DNA of 60,000 bases, from NCBI GenBank assembly GCA_038087875.1, contig CM075989.1:17796001-17856000 (forward strand), in the 5' to 3' direction. Each line of letters begins with the position of its first letter. The first letter of the stretch is position 1. A program made the position numbers and the translations under genes. The notes beneath the pieces were generated by a model, which saw nothing but the letters and a program-made list of their open reading frames with translations, was not told the DNA's origin and made no database searches. Positions 37,021 through 51,766 of the stretch are shown in pieces. The DNA comes from Malacoraja senta (Eukaryota).

Positions 37021-38987
37021 GCTCGTTGAATCATGGGATGAAGGTCGAGTGAAGGAATGTGGCTCTGCGGTAAAAGATATGGCACAGTTTTGTTGAATGG
37101 TGAAGCAGGGACAAGGGACAATGGCTTATTCCCACTGAGCTCTCGTACTCCCTTTAACAAAGTACATAGAACAGGAACAGGCCCTTCAGCCCACCATGTC
37201 TTTGCCAAACATGAAGCCAAGTTGAACTAATCCCTTCTGCCTGCATATGGACTATATCCTTCCATTCCCTCACTGTTCACCTGTGTGTTCCACAAAGTTG
37301 CTATCGTAGGTACCTCCAACATCATACCAGGCAGTGTGCTCCACACACACACACTACCATCTGTGTAAAACACTTGCCTCACTCATCTCCTTTAAACTTT
37401 GCGGAGGAGGGAACTGCAGATGCTGGTTTAAACCGAAGATGGACACAAAAAGCTGGAGTAACTCAGCGGGTCAGACAGCATCTCTGGAGAAAAAGAATAG
37501 GTGACGTTTCGGGTGTGACAAAAGGTCTCGACCCGAAACGTCACCAATTCCTTTTCTCCAGGGATGCTGCCTGACCTACTGTGTCTATCTACCTTTAAAC
37601 TTTGCTGCTTTCAACTTAAAGCTATGCCTTGCAGTCTCACATTTCCACACTGGGAACAAGGTTCCAACTGTCCACTTGCCTCTCATAATTGTATAAACTA
37701 CTATCCTGTCTCCCCTCAGTCACCATGTTCCAGAGAAAACAATCCAAGTTTGTCCAACCTCTCCTTGTAGCTAAATACCCTCTAAACATACAAACTCCGC
37801 ACAGACAGTCAGGATTGAACCCGGGTCTCTGGCAGGATTGAACCCGGTAAGGCAGTAACTCTACCGCTGCACCATTATGCTATAACATTTTTTCAATAAA
37901 TGTTGATAATAAACTGAGATTTTAGCAGGTGCCAAGAAAGAAAACTGCTGTTGATTCACCTTCAACCATGCTAATAACTAACAGGATGGAAGAAAAGCTT
38001 TGAACGTTGAATGTTTATTTCTTGGTTAAGTTCAGTAATATTTCCACTCTATCAAATATCAAACTATGACTACATACAGGATGCCTTTTACAAGACTTGT
38101 TTTAAAGGGAAAATTGAGCCCATTAGCTCAAAGCATTTTAATAAGGTTCTTGGAATTTTTCTTCAAACAATGTGCGGTGTTGGCATTTACAAATTAAATT
38201 TGATGCCAGCAAACATTTATAAAGTACTTAAGTTTGAAATTCAAAATGCACTTTGTCAAGAAGTGATTGTTCTGAATCGGTTCAAGTTACCTGGACTGCC
38301 TGGATGTGCTTCAGTTTTTAATTGTTAAATGTTTCATTCCACTGAACTGTCGAACTACTTTTAATCGGACTTTACTGGACCTTATCTTGTACTAAACATT
38401 CCTTTATCCTGTATCGGCACATCATGGAAGGCTTGATTGTAATCATGTAGTGAAAGCCCTGGATGGAGTGGATGTGGAGAGGAAGTTTCCACTAGTGGGA
38501 GAGTCTAGGTTGTAGCCTCAGAATAAAAGGATAGTCCTTTAGGAAGGTGATGAGAAGTAAATGATTTAGTCAGAAGGTGGTGAATATGTGGAACTCATTG
38601 CCACCAAAGGCTGTGGAGGCCAAGTCAATGGATATTTTTAAGTCAGGGATAGATAGATTTTTGATTAGTACGGGTGTCAGGGGTTATGGGGAGAAGGCAG
38701 GAGAATGGGGTTAGGAGGGAGAGATAGATCAGCCATGATTAAATGGCGAAGTAGACTTGATGGGCCGAATGGCCTAATTCTGCTCCTATCACTAATTAAC
38801 TTATGTATAGTCTTTTCACTGACTGGATAGCACGCAATTAAAAAGCTTTTCCCTGTACCTCCGTACACGTGACAATAAACTAAACATTAAGAATGGCAAA
38901 ACTAAACAGCGATCAAGTTTTGATACAGTAAATATCAACATGGAGTTGTGAGCAGTTAAACAGGTCTCACCATATCCGTTCCAACAT

Positions 38988-39287
38988 GGACGGCACGGTG
39001 GTGCAACGGTAGAGTTGCTGCCTTACAGCGCTAGATACCCGGGTTCGATCCTGACCTCGAGTGCTGTCTGTATGGAGTTTGTATTTTCTCCACGTGACCT
39101 GCGTGGGTTTTTTTCCGGCTGCTAAAGTTTCCTCCCATACGCCAAAGATGTACAGGTCTGTAGGCTAATTGGCTTCTGTAGATTGTAAATTGTCCCTAGT
39201 GTGTTGGATAGTGTTAATGTGCGGGGATCGCTGGTCGGCCCTGATTTGGTGGGCCAAAGGGCCTGTTTCCGCGCTGTATCTCTAAAC
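38988..39287 (+). mobile_element. HE1/V-SINE-like tRNA-derived SINE, near full length
   Basis: A-box-like ggcacggtggtgcaacggtag, B-box gggttcgatcc and a CR1-shared tail; further copies at about 31597-31912(-), 50545-50833(-), 56724-57020(-) and 57446-57720(+). Confidence 0.8.
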
Positions 39288-39331
39288 GGAACAAAAAAAT
39301 GAAACACATCCAGAACTGTCACTTCACCCAC

Positions 39332-39532
39332 CTGTTGCGTACTGCCTTGTCCAATGTTCTGGATGGCCCAGATCACTCTGCTCATGGGATAACCCTGCCT
39401 CAACAGCGGCTGAATCAGGTCTTGTTCTCTCTGACTGAGAAGGTCTGCAGTTGAGTCCAGGAGAGGCTTGCGGGAACTCAGAGGCCTAGGAGCTGTCAGG
39501 AGAGCTGGGAGGCAGGAGTTGGCACTGCGGAG
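39332..39532 (-). CDS. UBAP1L: UBAP1L exon (LRSANSCLP...DSTADLLSQREQDLIQPLLRQGYPMSRVIWAIQNIGQGSTQQ)
   Basis: cacAG acceptor and GTGGGT donor; 201 nt, phase 0-0; first SOUBA repeat. Confidence 0.92.
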
Positions 39533-39994
39533 CTGTGAAGGGACAGATACACACTTGGATAAACGTGAAACGTTGTAGGCAATCGGTTAGCGCTCCGCGC
39601 ACTCTACTCCCTCCAACAAGAATCCAGTTTGTTGTCTCATCCAGGAACGGATTTGGTGTCTGTCTGTTGTTTCAGCTTCTGACCCACTCCCTTCTGTCAA
39701 ACCACACAACCAAGTTTTTATCCACAGGCCAAGGCCTCCACTGTACCCCGACACACAGACTGCTCTTGCTGAGAATTACAACCCTATCAAATTTAATGAG
39801 GGCTCCACTCAAAGGAAATTAAACTAACCATGTGGTTTGGCTTAACTCACTGAATTTTACAATTCTTGTTTCTTGCCGTATTGCTCCAGGGAAACAGTTA
39901 ACTGTGGCCAGCTGAATGCTTAACATGTTTACCCCTTTCCTACATTATTCGCCTTTTTGGAAAATTGTTCAAAAGGACACCATAGAATGTTACG

Positions 39995-40330
39995 GGGTTG
40001 GACAGGCTAGATGCAAGAAAAATGTTCCCGATGTTGGGGGAGTCCAGGACCAGGGGTCACAGTGTAAGAATAAGGGGTAGGCCATTTAGGACTGAGATGT
40101 GGAAAAACCTTTTCACCCAGAGAGTTGTGAATCTGTGGAATTCTCCACCACAGAAGGCAGTGGAGGCCAATTCACTGGATGCTTTCAAGAGAGAGTTAGA
40201 TACAGTATAGCTCTCATGGCTAACGGAATCAAGGGATAGGGGGAGAAAGCAGGAACGGGGTACTGATTTTGGATGGTCAGCCATGGTCATATTGAATGGT
40301 GGCGCTGGCTCGAAGGGCTGAATGGTCTAT
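39995..40330 (+). mobile_element. CR1-type LINE 3' fragment
   Basis: ORF 39998..40210 contains RTRGHS...FTQRVVNLWNS. Confidence 0.8.
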
Positions 40331-40469
40331 TCAAATTGAAAGAGTGTTGATGGAGAGTGATTTCACAATCTTTCTCACATTGCTTGAGATCTGATTCCCA
40401 TCAGCTGAGGTGAGTAAGTCAAAAAAGTTATTCAACATTCTTTGACTCAAGAGTGCTGTTTAACTTAGA

Positions 40470-42105
40470 GTCATGTTCCTAGAAGCCCTTCAGCCAGACT
40501 TGTCAATGCTGACCAAGTTATCTTTCTGAGCTAGTCCCATTTACCTGTCTTTGGCCCATAGCCCTTCAAAACGGTTCCTATCCATGTACACACTGACAAC
40601 TTCCTCTTGCAGCTCATCCCATATACCCATCACCATCTGTGTGTAAAAGTTACCCCTTCATGTCACTTTAAAATCTTTCCCCTCTCACCTTAAACCTAAG
40701 GGCAGCACAGTGAAGCAGCTGGCAGAGCTGGATAACACACAACGAAAGCTTTTCACTATACCTCGGTACACACGACAATAAACTGAACTGAACTGCTGCC
40801 TCACAGCGCCAGAGACCTGGCTTTCATCTTGATCCTGGATGCTGTTTGTGCAGAGTTTACACATTCACCCTGTGACCCATTGGGCTTCCTCTGGGTGATC
40901 TGGTTTCCTCCCACATCCCAAAGACACGAGGGTTTGTAGCTTAATTGGTCTCTGATGTGTAGGGAGTGGATTAGAAAGTGGGATAACATAGAACTCGTGT
41001 GAATGGGTGATTGATGGCCGGCGGGGACGCAGTGGGCCGAAGGGCCTGTTTCCATGCTGTATCTCTAAATTTAAACTAAATCTGCCCTCTAGTTTTATAT
41101 TCCACTCCACTGGGAGAAAGGTGGCTATACAACTTATCTACACCCTACATGACATAATATACCTTGATAAAGTCACACCCCACGCTCCAATGTCATGGAT
41201 AAAAGTCCCAGCCTATCCAGCCTCTATTTTATAACTTGTGCTCTCTAGACTTGGCGATATTCTTGGAAATCTTTCCTGCATCACTTCCAGCTTAATGACA
41301 TTCTTCCTATACAGTAACTGGGCAATTTTAAGCACACACATTACTCCGTGTTGTCTCACCAACGACTTGCTCAGTTGTAACATGGCAACCTAATTCCAGT
41401 ACACATTGCCCTGACTGATGAAGGCAAACGCGCCAAATGTCTCCACCATCGTGTCTACCCGCCTTGACACTTTCATGGAACTATGTACCCATACCTCTCG
41501 GTCTTTCTCTGCTCTACAACACTCTCCAGGGCCCTCCTATTTACTGTGCAAGTGCAGCCCTATTTTAGCTTACCAAAATCCATCATCTCATACCTATCTG
41601 ATTCAAATTAAATCTCCCATTTCTTGGTTCACAATTCATCTAGATTCTGTCGTAATCTTAGATAAATTTCTTTATTGTCCCGTACACCAACAATTTTGGT
41701 GTCATCTGCAAACATTTTAACCATATTATTAACATTTTCATCCAAATATTTAATGTGGATGACAAACAACAGTGGACTCCACACAGGTTCCTGCAGCACA
41801 CCACTGGTCACTGGCCTCCAATCTGAAAGCTTCCTTCCACTACTATCCCTTAATGCTTCCACTGAGCCAGATTTGTATCTGATTGGATATCTAAGCCTGG
41901 ATCCCATGTAATCTAACCTTCTGGACTAGCCTACCTGGTGGGACCTTGTCAAACTTCTTGCCGACGTCCACGTAGACAACATCTACCACCTTGTCCTCTT
42001 CAATTATCTCCAATGCTTCTTCAAAAATAACTCCATCAAATTTGTGAAGTGTGACTTCCCATGCACAAAGCCATGCTGACTATTCCTAATCAGTCCTTGC
42101 CTTTG
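40470..42105 (-). mobile_element. Older CR1-type LINE fragment, interrupted by a SINE (about 40700-41080)
   Basis: Translates as SDWRPVTSGV...PLLFVI...FADDTKI. Confidence 0.7.
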
Positions 42106-42108
42106 ATG

Positions 42109-42304
42109 TTTAAGAAGGAACTGCAGATGCTGGAAAATCGAGGGTAGAAAAAAATGCTGGAGAAACTCAGCGGGTGCGGCAGCATCTATGGAGCGAAGGA
42201 AATAGGCAACGTTTCGGGCCGAAACCCTTCTTCAGACGTCGCCTATTTCCTTCGCTCCATAGATACTGCCACACCCGCTGAGTTTCTCCAGCATTTTTGT
42301 CTAC
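42109..42304. mobile_element. Penelope-derived foldback (second subfamily) with a hammerhead core at 42208-42235 (-)
   Basis: 14-bp TSD ccttgcctttgatg at 42095-42108 and 42305-42318; minus strand reads ctgaaga-a-gggt-ttcg-gccc-gaaac-gtt. Confidence 0.75.
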
Positions 42305-42863
42305 CCTTGCCTTTGATGCAGTTTATTGTGGAGTTTATGTTGGAGATTTGTGTGTTATCATTTTTGTTTGACAAACGATCTTTGCGGTTTATTGTGCCGT
42401 ACTTGGAAAGGCAGGACTTGTCAAAGATGGTTTGGCAACTTGCCACGTTGACCTGCTTGAACGTCACCATTTAAAATGGAAGTGAGACAGTTCTGCTGCT
42501 TATTCAGCATCCACTGGCTGTTGGATTATAAAACAATCAGCACAGTTATCTTGGGGTGCTGTGCTGATATTTTTCACTGTGAATCAAGTGTTAAGAATGA
42601 CAATTAGTAATTCAATTGTTCCATTCAATTAGAACATTGCACAGTTTAAAATGGGAATTATTTCTGAAATTGAATTAATGGAATTCATTATTTTAATTAG
42701 CAATTAATTATATAAATGTCACCGCATCAAATAATATTACAGAATAATTTGTGGCATTAAGATGGTGAATGTAAAGTGGTTTAAAATAATTCATAAATTA
42801 CTAATAATTTCAATTTTGTGATTTTTAAGGTTCAGGTATATTTGTCATGAGTTACATCTAACC

Positions 42864-42883
42864 CTCTCTCTCCCTCTCTCTTT

Positions 42884-42927
<44 letters not shown>

Positions 42928-42945
42928 CCTCTCCCCCTCCCCCTC
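42864..42945. repeat. (TC)n / pyrimidine-rich microsatellite
   Basis: Direct inspection. Confidence 0.9.
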
Positions 42946-45461
42946 ACTAACAGCTCAGAGAGATAATTTCAAAATGACACTCTTGAAAGATCTAATTATA
43001 CTATGCCAATGTTTTGTGCACTGCCCATTTTCAGATGATAACTTGAGTGCACAGCTCCAACAATCTCTCCAACATTGAGTTAGCAAAGTGTCCAGTGGTG
43101 AGGGGGAGGTGAAAGGTCCATTGCTCGTGGAAAAATAGTAGGTTTACTCGCTCAGTCTCTGTGAGAGCAGTAGAGATTAAACAAGTGTACTATTTTTCCT
43201 GTTGAGGCAGTCCTTTAGATCTGCTCGATTCACACACACAGAATGGGTGAGATTACGCTCCCAGCATGTTCTCATCGCTGACCAGAAGGAGAGTGAGTTG
43301 CCCCAGGCTATGTGGCTCCTATTTTCTTTGCTGCTCCATAAGGAAGTATTTACTCTGGCCTTGGCTCTTCCAGGGCTAAGATTGCCATCTCATCTTTGAA
43401 GAACGGTGAGCCTAATGTTCCATTTGGCAAACCTAAAGTTTACATTTAGCTAAAAGTTTTAGTAGGACAGTTTATTTAACAGGCTGTCCAGGAGAATATG
43501 ATTTTCACCCGACTGCACTCGAGCCAACTATTTTCAGTGTCTAATTGTTTATCTAGCTACGGCAACAACTGGAAAAACATGACTGCTGCAGTCACACAGT
43601 TGAAAAGGCGAGGTTATTGAAAGCGCAACACTGACAGGGATTTAGACCTTTCAATTGTTCTTCAACAAGACTGAATGAAATATCGAGATGTCAGGAAAGG
43701 CTGAGAGACATAACACAATATATTGGGAAGAAGGGTTTTGACTTGAAATGTTGCCTATTTCCTTCGCTCCATAGATGTTGCTGTACCCGCTGAGTTTCCC
43801 CAGCATTTTTGTCTACCATATATTGGGAAGTCAAGTTAGAATCCAATAAGCATAGCAAAACATTTCACAAACTTTGTAAAATGCGGACTTCAGTTTTTGC
43901 ACTACTATGGTTACCTAGTATAACCAATTGTTAATTTATTGTATTTTTGAATGTTATATATTTATCTGTGTGTTATTGCATTAACAAGCCAGTTAGTTAA
44001 GCTGCTGCAAGTAAGAATTTTATTGTTTCATTGCTGGTACAGATAACAATTATACACTTGTCTTGATTCTTGACTGACTAATTGTGGAGAGGGCTGGACA
44101 AGTGAGGTTGAGCCAGATCATGAGGTTTTCCAAACTGTTACATGGTTCAATTAAATTGATGTCATCGTCAGTGTGGAGATGGACTCTGCTGATCTTTTCA
44201 GCAAAATTGTGAATTACAAATTAAATTGTTCTTTAGGATAAATAGTGAGTGAAAAATGCATTCCCATTCAATATTAGAATGCAATTATTTCATAATTATA
44301 ATAGTTAGGATTTTATTCCTTGGAGCGCAGGAGGATGAAACGTGTTCTTACAGAGGTGTTTAAGATCATGAGGGGGAATACATAGGGTAAATGCTCAGAG
44401 CCTTCTACCAAGAGTAGGGGAATCAAGAACCAGAGGACATAAGGTGAGAAGGGAAAGATTTAATAAGAACTTGAGGGGCAAGTTTTCACACAGGTATATG
44501 GACTGAGCTGCCAGAGGAGATAGTTGAGGCAGGTACTATCACAACTTTTAAAAGACATTTGGACAGATACATGGATAGGAAAGGTTTAGAAGGATATGGG
44601 CCAAACACAGGCAGTGTAGATGGGGCATCTTGGTCGGTGTGGACAGGTTGGGCCGAAGGGCCAGTTTCCATGTTCCATGACTCTATGACTAGGAGAAGAC
44701 TGGCTTTAATGCTGAAACTGTACAATGGCCACTGAAGGATGTATTAACCAAATATATCCTGGAATGGTCTTTGAGGACAGGATTAATAAATAAATCAGAA
44801 TTAATACAATTGTTAGATAATATAAATTTCAACATTTCACTAGGGTTTAGAAAGTTAGTGTCCTGCTTTCTCATCGCATTACCCCTTACATATGAGCCCA
44901 ATACTCTGCTCCTATCATCAAAGAAGATGAGGTCAGAGGCTAAGACTCACCAAACAAGGACTAATTTTTCTGGGCCATTTTCTAGCATTAAACTTTGAAA
45001 ACCAGTGGGGCTGTTATTTCAGTTGGGTGTACAAGTAGAATCCCACCCATATGAATGTGATGTACCACCCTAAACCAGGCTGGTACATCACTAATAACCT
45101 GAAGCATGCACAGAGAAATTAATTAAGGCAATTCGCCTGAAATAACTATTTTTCACCAGGAGTTCTTACTGCAAGGATAAATTTACTCCGAATGGTCAGT
45201 GGGAAGATGCCATTTTCTGATTATCAATAAAATCCTGGGAAGGCACAGTGTTGCAACATTATTTCTGGGTACCTGATTTAATTTGTGGATTATTCATTGC
45301 AATAGGCATTATCTAATTCTGTATTAAAAGCAGTATGGTTCTGACTTTGAAAAACGTTTTGACTACTGAAATGCACATTAGTGCTGTAGTGGCTTCTCCA
45401 CCCAAGAGCTGGGATCTGTAAAGACCCCACTCTAGGATCTGCTGCGACTCTGTATGCTTAC

Positions 45462-46202
45462 TTGAAATGGTGGGTTGTATTTCCTGACTGGAGTTCTTGT
45501 TCTGTTCAAAGGTGACCTATCCACGTGATACTGGGCAGGGGAAAGCGGTGGGCTTCCAATAAAAAATTGGCCAAAATTATTTTTGCCGTTCCTGTTGTTC
45601 GGGTGCTGCAGGGAAAGTTTTGTCGGCAGCTTTCTGGGTGCGGACGCTGGTGACCAAGTCAACGGGTGCCTCCTACCCGCTTCCTCACCATCAGTGTTGC
45701 TAGAGAGCGGAGAGCGCCTCAGTCCAGCGATGTGAGGCAGTCTTGTGAAGCTGGTACTAAAACATTTCTCATTCTGCCGACTTCTGTAGGGATTATCCGG
45801 TGACGAAGCTGGCCTCCAGGAGTCTAGGAATCGGGATTGGACATGGGACTTGTTCCGGAGAAACGGTATCGAAGGAAGCTTCTGACTCTCGCCTTCGTCA
45901 GATGATGAGAGTTCATCGTCCTCTGCGTAGCCATCGTCGCTCTCCGAGTCTGACTTGTACACAACCTTTGAGCAAACATGTCTAATATCTGTCACACTGA
46001 AACTCCTGCACCTCTTGGTCCTCAGAATCAAATGTTCCATTTGCGATTTGGTCGGACGCGATTCATTATTTCTTTCATCTTCTCCCTCAATATCGGGAGA
46101 TGCAAACCAGAATGGTGGACACGATGGGACAATCCTTGGAGCTTCCTTGAGGAATCGGCTTTGCACCCATTCCAAGACCTTCTTTTCCAGCGTAAAGTTG
46201 TA
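45462..46202 (-). CDS. UBAP1L: UBAP1L large exon (YNFTLEKKVLEWV... end of the UMA domain plus a disordered linker)
   Basis: ttttctacAG acceptor and GTAAGC donor; 741 nt, phase 0-0; resembles UBAP1 YDFSLEKKTIEW as I recall it. Confidence 0.9.
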
Positions 46203-49200
46203 CTGTAGAAAATAAAACAGCGTTTCACATGAATCATCAACAAAGCATCAATATTTTTGTTCCAAAAACATACGTGAAATATCACGTAGAGGTGTTAACT
46301 TGCCCACAAGACTTCTCATTATCACCCGAGTACCACAATTCATCTGCCAGTGCCATGGTGAATATGTGGATCGCCCTGCAGAAACTAATGGCAATAGTTC
46401 AGAGCTTTAAATTAACTTCTCAAATAGCCAAATAACCTTTTTTAAATTGGCGATAGGTCCAATGATCTATCATATTTTCGCTCTCAGTCATATCCCCACA
46501 CATTGCTCATGGTTATTCAGAGATTATCTTGTAGAAACAAGGAACTGCAGATGGTTTACAAAGGAGGACACAAAGTGCTGGAGTAACTCAGCGGGTCAGG
46601 CAGCATCTCTGGAGAAAAAGAATAGGTGACGTTTCGGGTCGAAACTCTTCTTCAGACGTCAACTATTCCTTTTCTCCAGAGTTGCTGCCTGACTCCTTGA
46701 GTTACTCCAGCATTTTGTGTCTATCTTCAGCATAAACCAGCGGTTCCTTCCTACACACAAATGCTCCACACTGAAAGACATGCATCAATATCTTGTGTAG
46801 TCATGCAGTTACCCACAAGATACCCACTGTACTGCCTAAAAACATTGGGGAAGGTGGATTTAGAGAACATTGATTTTTAATGAGTCAGTGATAATTACTG
46901 CTCTCTAACCCTTAAGATTTAATTGTACAGCTGTGGAATCTAATTCATTCACAATTAATTCATGTGAGGAATTTAGAAAATAAGCATCATTTAATATTTC
47001 TCTTAATTCCATCAGTTTTACAAATGATTATTTTACGTTTTGTCCATAATGTTTCCTCAAATTAAATCCAGTTTAAACTTCCATGTTTACATTGCGTTGC
47101 TGAATGAGAATTGGTTGAAAAACGTTACTGTTTCTTAACCTATTTAAAGACTCCATTGATCATCTGTAAAGGGGGTCGATACTGGATCAGACGTCAGATT
47201 AGTAAATGTCCCCACTCAGATGCTGCAAAAAGCTTACTAAGAGCCGTCACTGAGCTGAATTAATGCTGAATTAATTAATTTTATGGTCAGCAATTGACCA
47301 TAAAATACAAGACAAGACTGGGAGAGTCTAGGACTAGAGGTCATAGCGGTTATGAAGAGAAGGCAGGAGAATGGGTTTAGGAGGGAGAGATAGATCAGCC
47401 ATGATTGAATGGCAGAGTAGACTTGATGGGCCGAATGGCCTTATTTTGCTCCTATCTCTTATGATCTTACGATGATCTTATGACAATACATCCTTTGATA
47501 GTTGCTGGGTGGAAGAGAGAAAACCAAGTATTGGCAATACTTCTGAACTTTGTGTTATAACAGAAATACTGATATCCCGACTTTTTATTAGCCAAAAAGG
47601 TGCCGGTTAATAAACATATGTTATGTTGCAGGGAAACAAAATAATGACGTTTAACTTTTTAGAGGTACTGTAACAAGAACAGCATCACCGATTGATGCTT
47701 TGAGGCATATGCCATTGTAAAGGAAGGGCAGGGAATGTGGAGGAAGTAGGCGAGAAGGTGAACACAGAGAACAAGCCAAGAAATGGTTAAAAATGTGGGC
47801 TTTCCTTTGTTCCAAAGTTACAAAATGAACCTATTCATCTATTTTACGACTTGGAAAACTTCAGAAGGCCGTTTCCCTCGGTAGAAATGAAATGATAAAC
47901 CGATTCTCAGAATGATGGATCAAAGTACAAATGTAAAAAATGTTACTTGAAACAATGATTTGAAATGATTACCAAATCTGGAGCTGATTTAGCATTAAAT
48001 TATTTACACAACGCATTGGGAAGTAAGCAAAAGCAAATTGCATGTTATAGTTGCTACCAGATGAAAGGTCTACTTCAAACAGCAAATGTTGGCAACACAT
48101 CTCCTCAGTAGATTCAGGCCAACTCAGCTTTTATTATTAATGTTTTATGTGTCATTATTAATTGTTACTGTATGTCGCGTTGTTACTTGCGAGTGGAGCA
48201 CCGAGGCAAATTCCTTGTATGTGTACATACTTGGCTAATAAACCAATTAATTAATCTTTTAATTAATTAGTTACTGGAATGTCTATAGGTCAGTTTAATA
48301 GTCCATTAAGCATTGCAAGTAGCGTTTAGCTGAGAGCACAATAGTCCATTTAACCTCAGTCAATTGCAGTGGAACATTCATGAGACTTTTTATATGAATC
48401 ACCAGATATTATTATAGAACTGAGAATTACATCTCAAGTAAAGTATTAGGTAGTCCGAAATGTAGAAATTGTCTGAAGAAGGGTCTCAACCTGAAACATC
48501 ACCTATCCATGTCCTCCAGAGTTGCTGCCTGAACCAGCACTTGCTCCAGCAATTTGTAGTCCAAATCAGGCTGAACTGAATAATAGTGGACCAAAACACC
48601 ATGAGATAGAAATTCATTCAGGGTCATGGGCAGAAAAGGTGGACTACATGGGAATATGCACAGTGCACTCCTCTTACTTGAATGCAAATATTAAACTGAA
48701 CTTTCCTGACTCCTCACTGGTTCAAACTGTACGGAAGCAGGCTCCCTGGGGACCATCAAGCACTCATTCTAAACTCGAACGAATAGCCTCCTAATGTAGG
48801 CCAGGAGAGTCCCAGCAAAGTCTTGGCGAAGATTGACACAAAATGCTAGAGTGACTCAGCGGGTCAGGCAACATCTCTGAAGAAAAGGAATAGGTGATGT
48901 TTTGTGTCAAGAACCTTCTTCAGACTGTGAGTTGATAGCCTTGGCGACCCTGGGAATTCTCAGCCTACAGGATAGTAAAAGTAATCAATTAAAAAAAAAA
49001 GTATTTCAGTGATTTGTAAGTATTTGAATGTGTTTTTAATTAAACTTATGTTTGGTTTTCAAAATGTAAATAAGTAACTATTTTCATTCATTTTCATTTA
49101 TTTTATGTTCATAAGTTGTAGGAGCAGAAGTCCACTCCACCATTCAATCATGGCTGATCTATCTTTCTCTCTCAATCCCATTCTCCTGCTCTTTCCCTAT

Positions 49201-51766
49201 AACCCCTGACACCCGTACTAATCAAGAACTTATCAATCCCCACCTTAAAAATATCCATTGACTTGGCCTCCACAGCCTTTTGTGGCAATGAATTCTGCAG
49301 ATTCACCGCCCTCTGACGAAATAAATTCCTCATCATCTCCTTTCTAAAGGTTCGGAGGCTGTGGCCTCTGGCTCAAGACTCCCCTACCAGTGGAAACATC
49401 CTCTCCACATCCACTCTATCCAGGCCTTTCACTATTCGGTAGGTTTCAATGAGGTTTCCCCCTCATCCTTCTAAACTCCTGCGAGTACACTCCCAGTGCT
49501 GTCAAATGCTCATTACATGTAAAGGTTTTAATAGATTTATATTTATATATGTTTCATGTTTTAATAGATTTTAGATGTATCTGAATGTCTGTGTGGAGAC
49601 AAGGTAAATCCTCCCTGAATGTAACACTTCCATTGAGCTGTACGGAGGGGGAGATGCTGGAACTTCCCAGTGTCATTGCCAGCTTGTTTGGGGTTTCCAT
49701 TCACATGGAGGGAAAGCAGGAGACTTGTCGTTCCACATGTACCTGCAGAAGGTTTCATCACTGCACAGGTCCTCCCCGCTGAGGGTCCCTGCACAGGACC
49801 ACACACCTATGCCCAGCACACTGTACAGTTAGTGAGAGGGAAACTTAAACTTAATCCATTGCCTGAACTTCCACTGACTGCCAAATCAGGGCTGTTAGTT
49901 ATAGAGTCATAGAGTCTTACAGTGTGGAAACATGCCCTTCAGCCCAACTTGCCCACACCAGCCGACATGTCCCATCTACACTAGTCCCACCTGCCTTTGT
50001 CTGGCCCATATCCCCTCTAAATCTTTCCTATCCATGTATCTGTCTAAATGTTTCTTAAATGTCGCAATAGTACTTGCCTCAACTACCTCCTCTGGCAGCT
50101 TGTTCCATACCCCCACCTCTCCTTTGTGTGAAAAAGTTACCCCACAGGTTCCTATTAAATCTTTCTGCCCTCACCTTAAACCTATGACCTCTGGTTCTCG
50201 ATTCGCCTACTCTGGGCAAGCCCCAGCTAGAAGCGGATTTCCTCATCATGTCAGGCACACTATTACATCAAAGGTTCAGAAACTAGTTAATATATCTTTA
50301 ATTTCCAACATATCTGTTAATATTATAACAAATTTCCTTCTTTTGAATTTATGCTTGATAAAAGGAAGTTATTCTCCAAGCCATTACTTTTAACAATAAG
50401 ATTCCTGAGCAGGTTAACACCACAGATTATTTTCCCGCGATCCCTGTAACATTACAATAATGTTGATCCAAAATGCCTTTTGCAAATCTACTCCATTCAA
50501 ATAACTACTTATCCATTTCATATGTCATCTGCTTTTTTTAAACGTTTAGTTTAGAGATACAGCGCAGAAACAGGCCCTTCGGCCCACCGAGTCCGTGCCG
50601 ACCAGCGATTCCCACATACTAACACTATCCAACACACACCAGGGACAATTTACAATTTATAATTATACCAAGCCAATTAACCTACAAATCTTTGGAGTGT
50701 GGGAGGAAACCAGAGATAACCCATGCAGGGAGAATGTACAAACTCCATACAGACAGCACCCATAGTCAGGATCAAACCCGGGTCTCTGGCGCTGTAAGGC
50801 AGCAACTCTACCGTTGCGACTCCATGCTGCCGTATGATTATTTTTCAAAAATCTAATAACTTGCAAGAGGGAATCCATAACCCCAGAGTCCTCACAAGAA
50901 CAATCGGCATTTACAATAGCGCTTGTTATAGCATGGAGTTACACTCGGGGGTGAAGGGGCTGGTGAACCAGAACTACACTGAGACGACCCTCACTTCAAA
51001 CCCTGCTCTTTGTCCAAGTCTCTCCTTCTGCAGGGGGAATCAAAGACTCTTTTGTTCTGAACTCTAATCTTTCGTAAGATTTTCTCGCTATCTTTTGCTT
51101 AAAATGCCAAATTAGCTTTTACCAGAAAGTTAAAAAGGTCCAGCGTGATTTATATCAACTAACAGTTTAATGTTCGGGTACAGTTGTGCATTTGATCATC
51201 AAGCAGCTTGATATGGACTGCATTTTTTCGTGAATACTTGATAATCATTTATCCTTTTGCCAAAAGACATTCTTTGATCTTATAGCCATAACTCAACTTT
51301 CCTCCATGGATATACATTACCTTTCTCTGAACCAGATTACATTTCAGCTTCCATACCTTTGAATCCTTCTGCATGCCTTCAATATCCCTGTATTGGTCAC
51401 ATCCATGGAGATTGATTTCCCACCAGTCTAACTACATTTCGTCACTTCATGCAAGAACTGTATTAACAGCAAGAGTTCTGCAGAAACAACTCTACCAGGC
51501 ACTGATCTCCAACAGGGTGGATTGTTTTTACATAAATAATTTATTTTCCCTCTATCGCTAAATAAATGTTGTAATTCACCAGATGTGACTACCAATGAAA
51601 TGGCCAGGAATTACTGCGCTTGCCTAAGTCCCCTCAAACTGAGCAGTAAACATTCTCCCCTCTCTATCCCACAGCCAACAATGGGCCATTGTGGGCTCCA
51701 TGTTTCTTTGATTACCATTGCTTTTTAAATATCTTCCTTTCATTTGTCTTGAGTACCATCTATATA

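Noticed and set aside
38988..39060. tRNA-like A/B boxes
   Set aside because: These are SINE heads without a full cloverleaf, not tRNA genes
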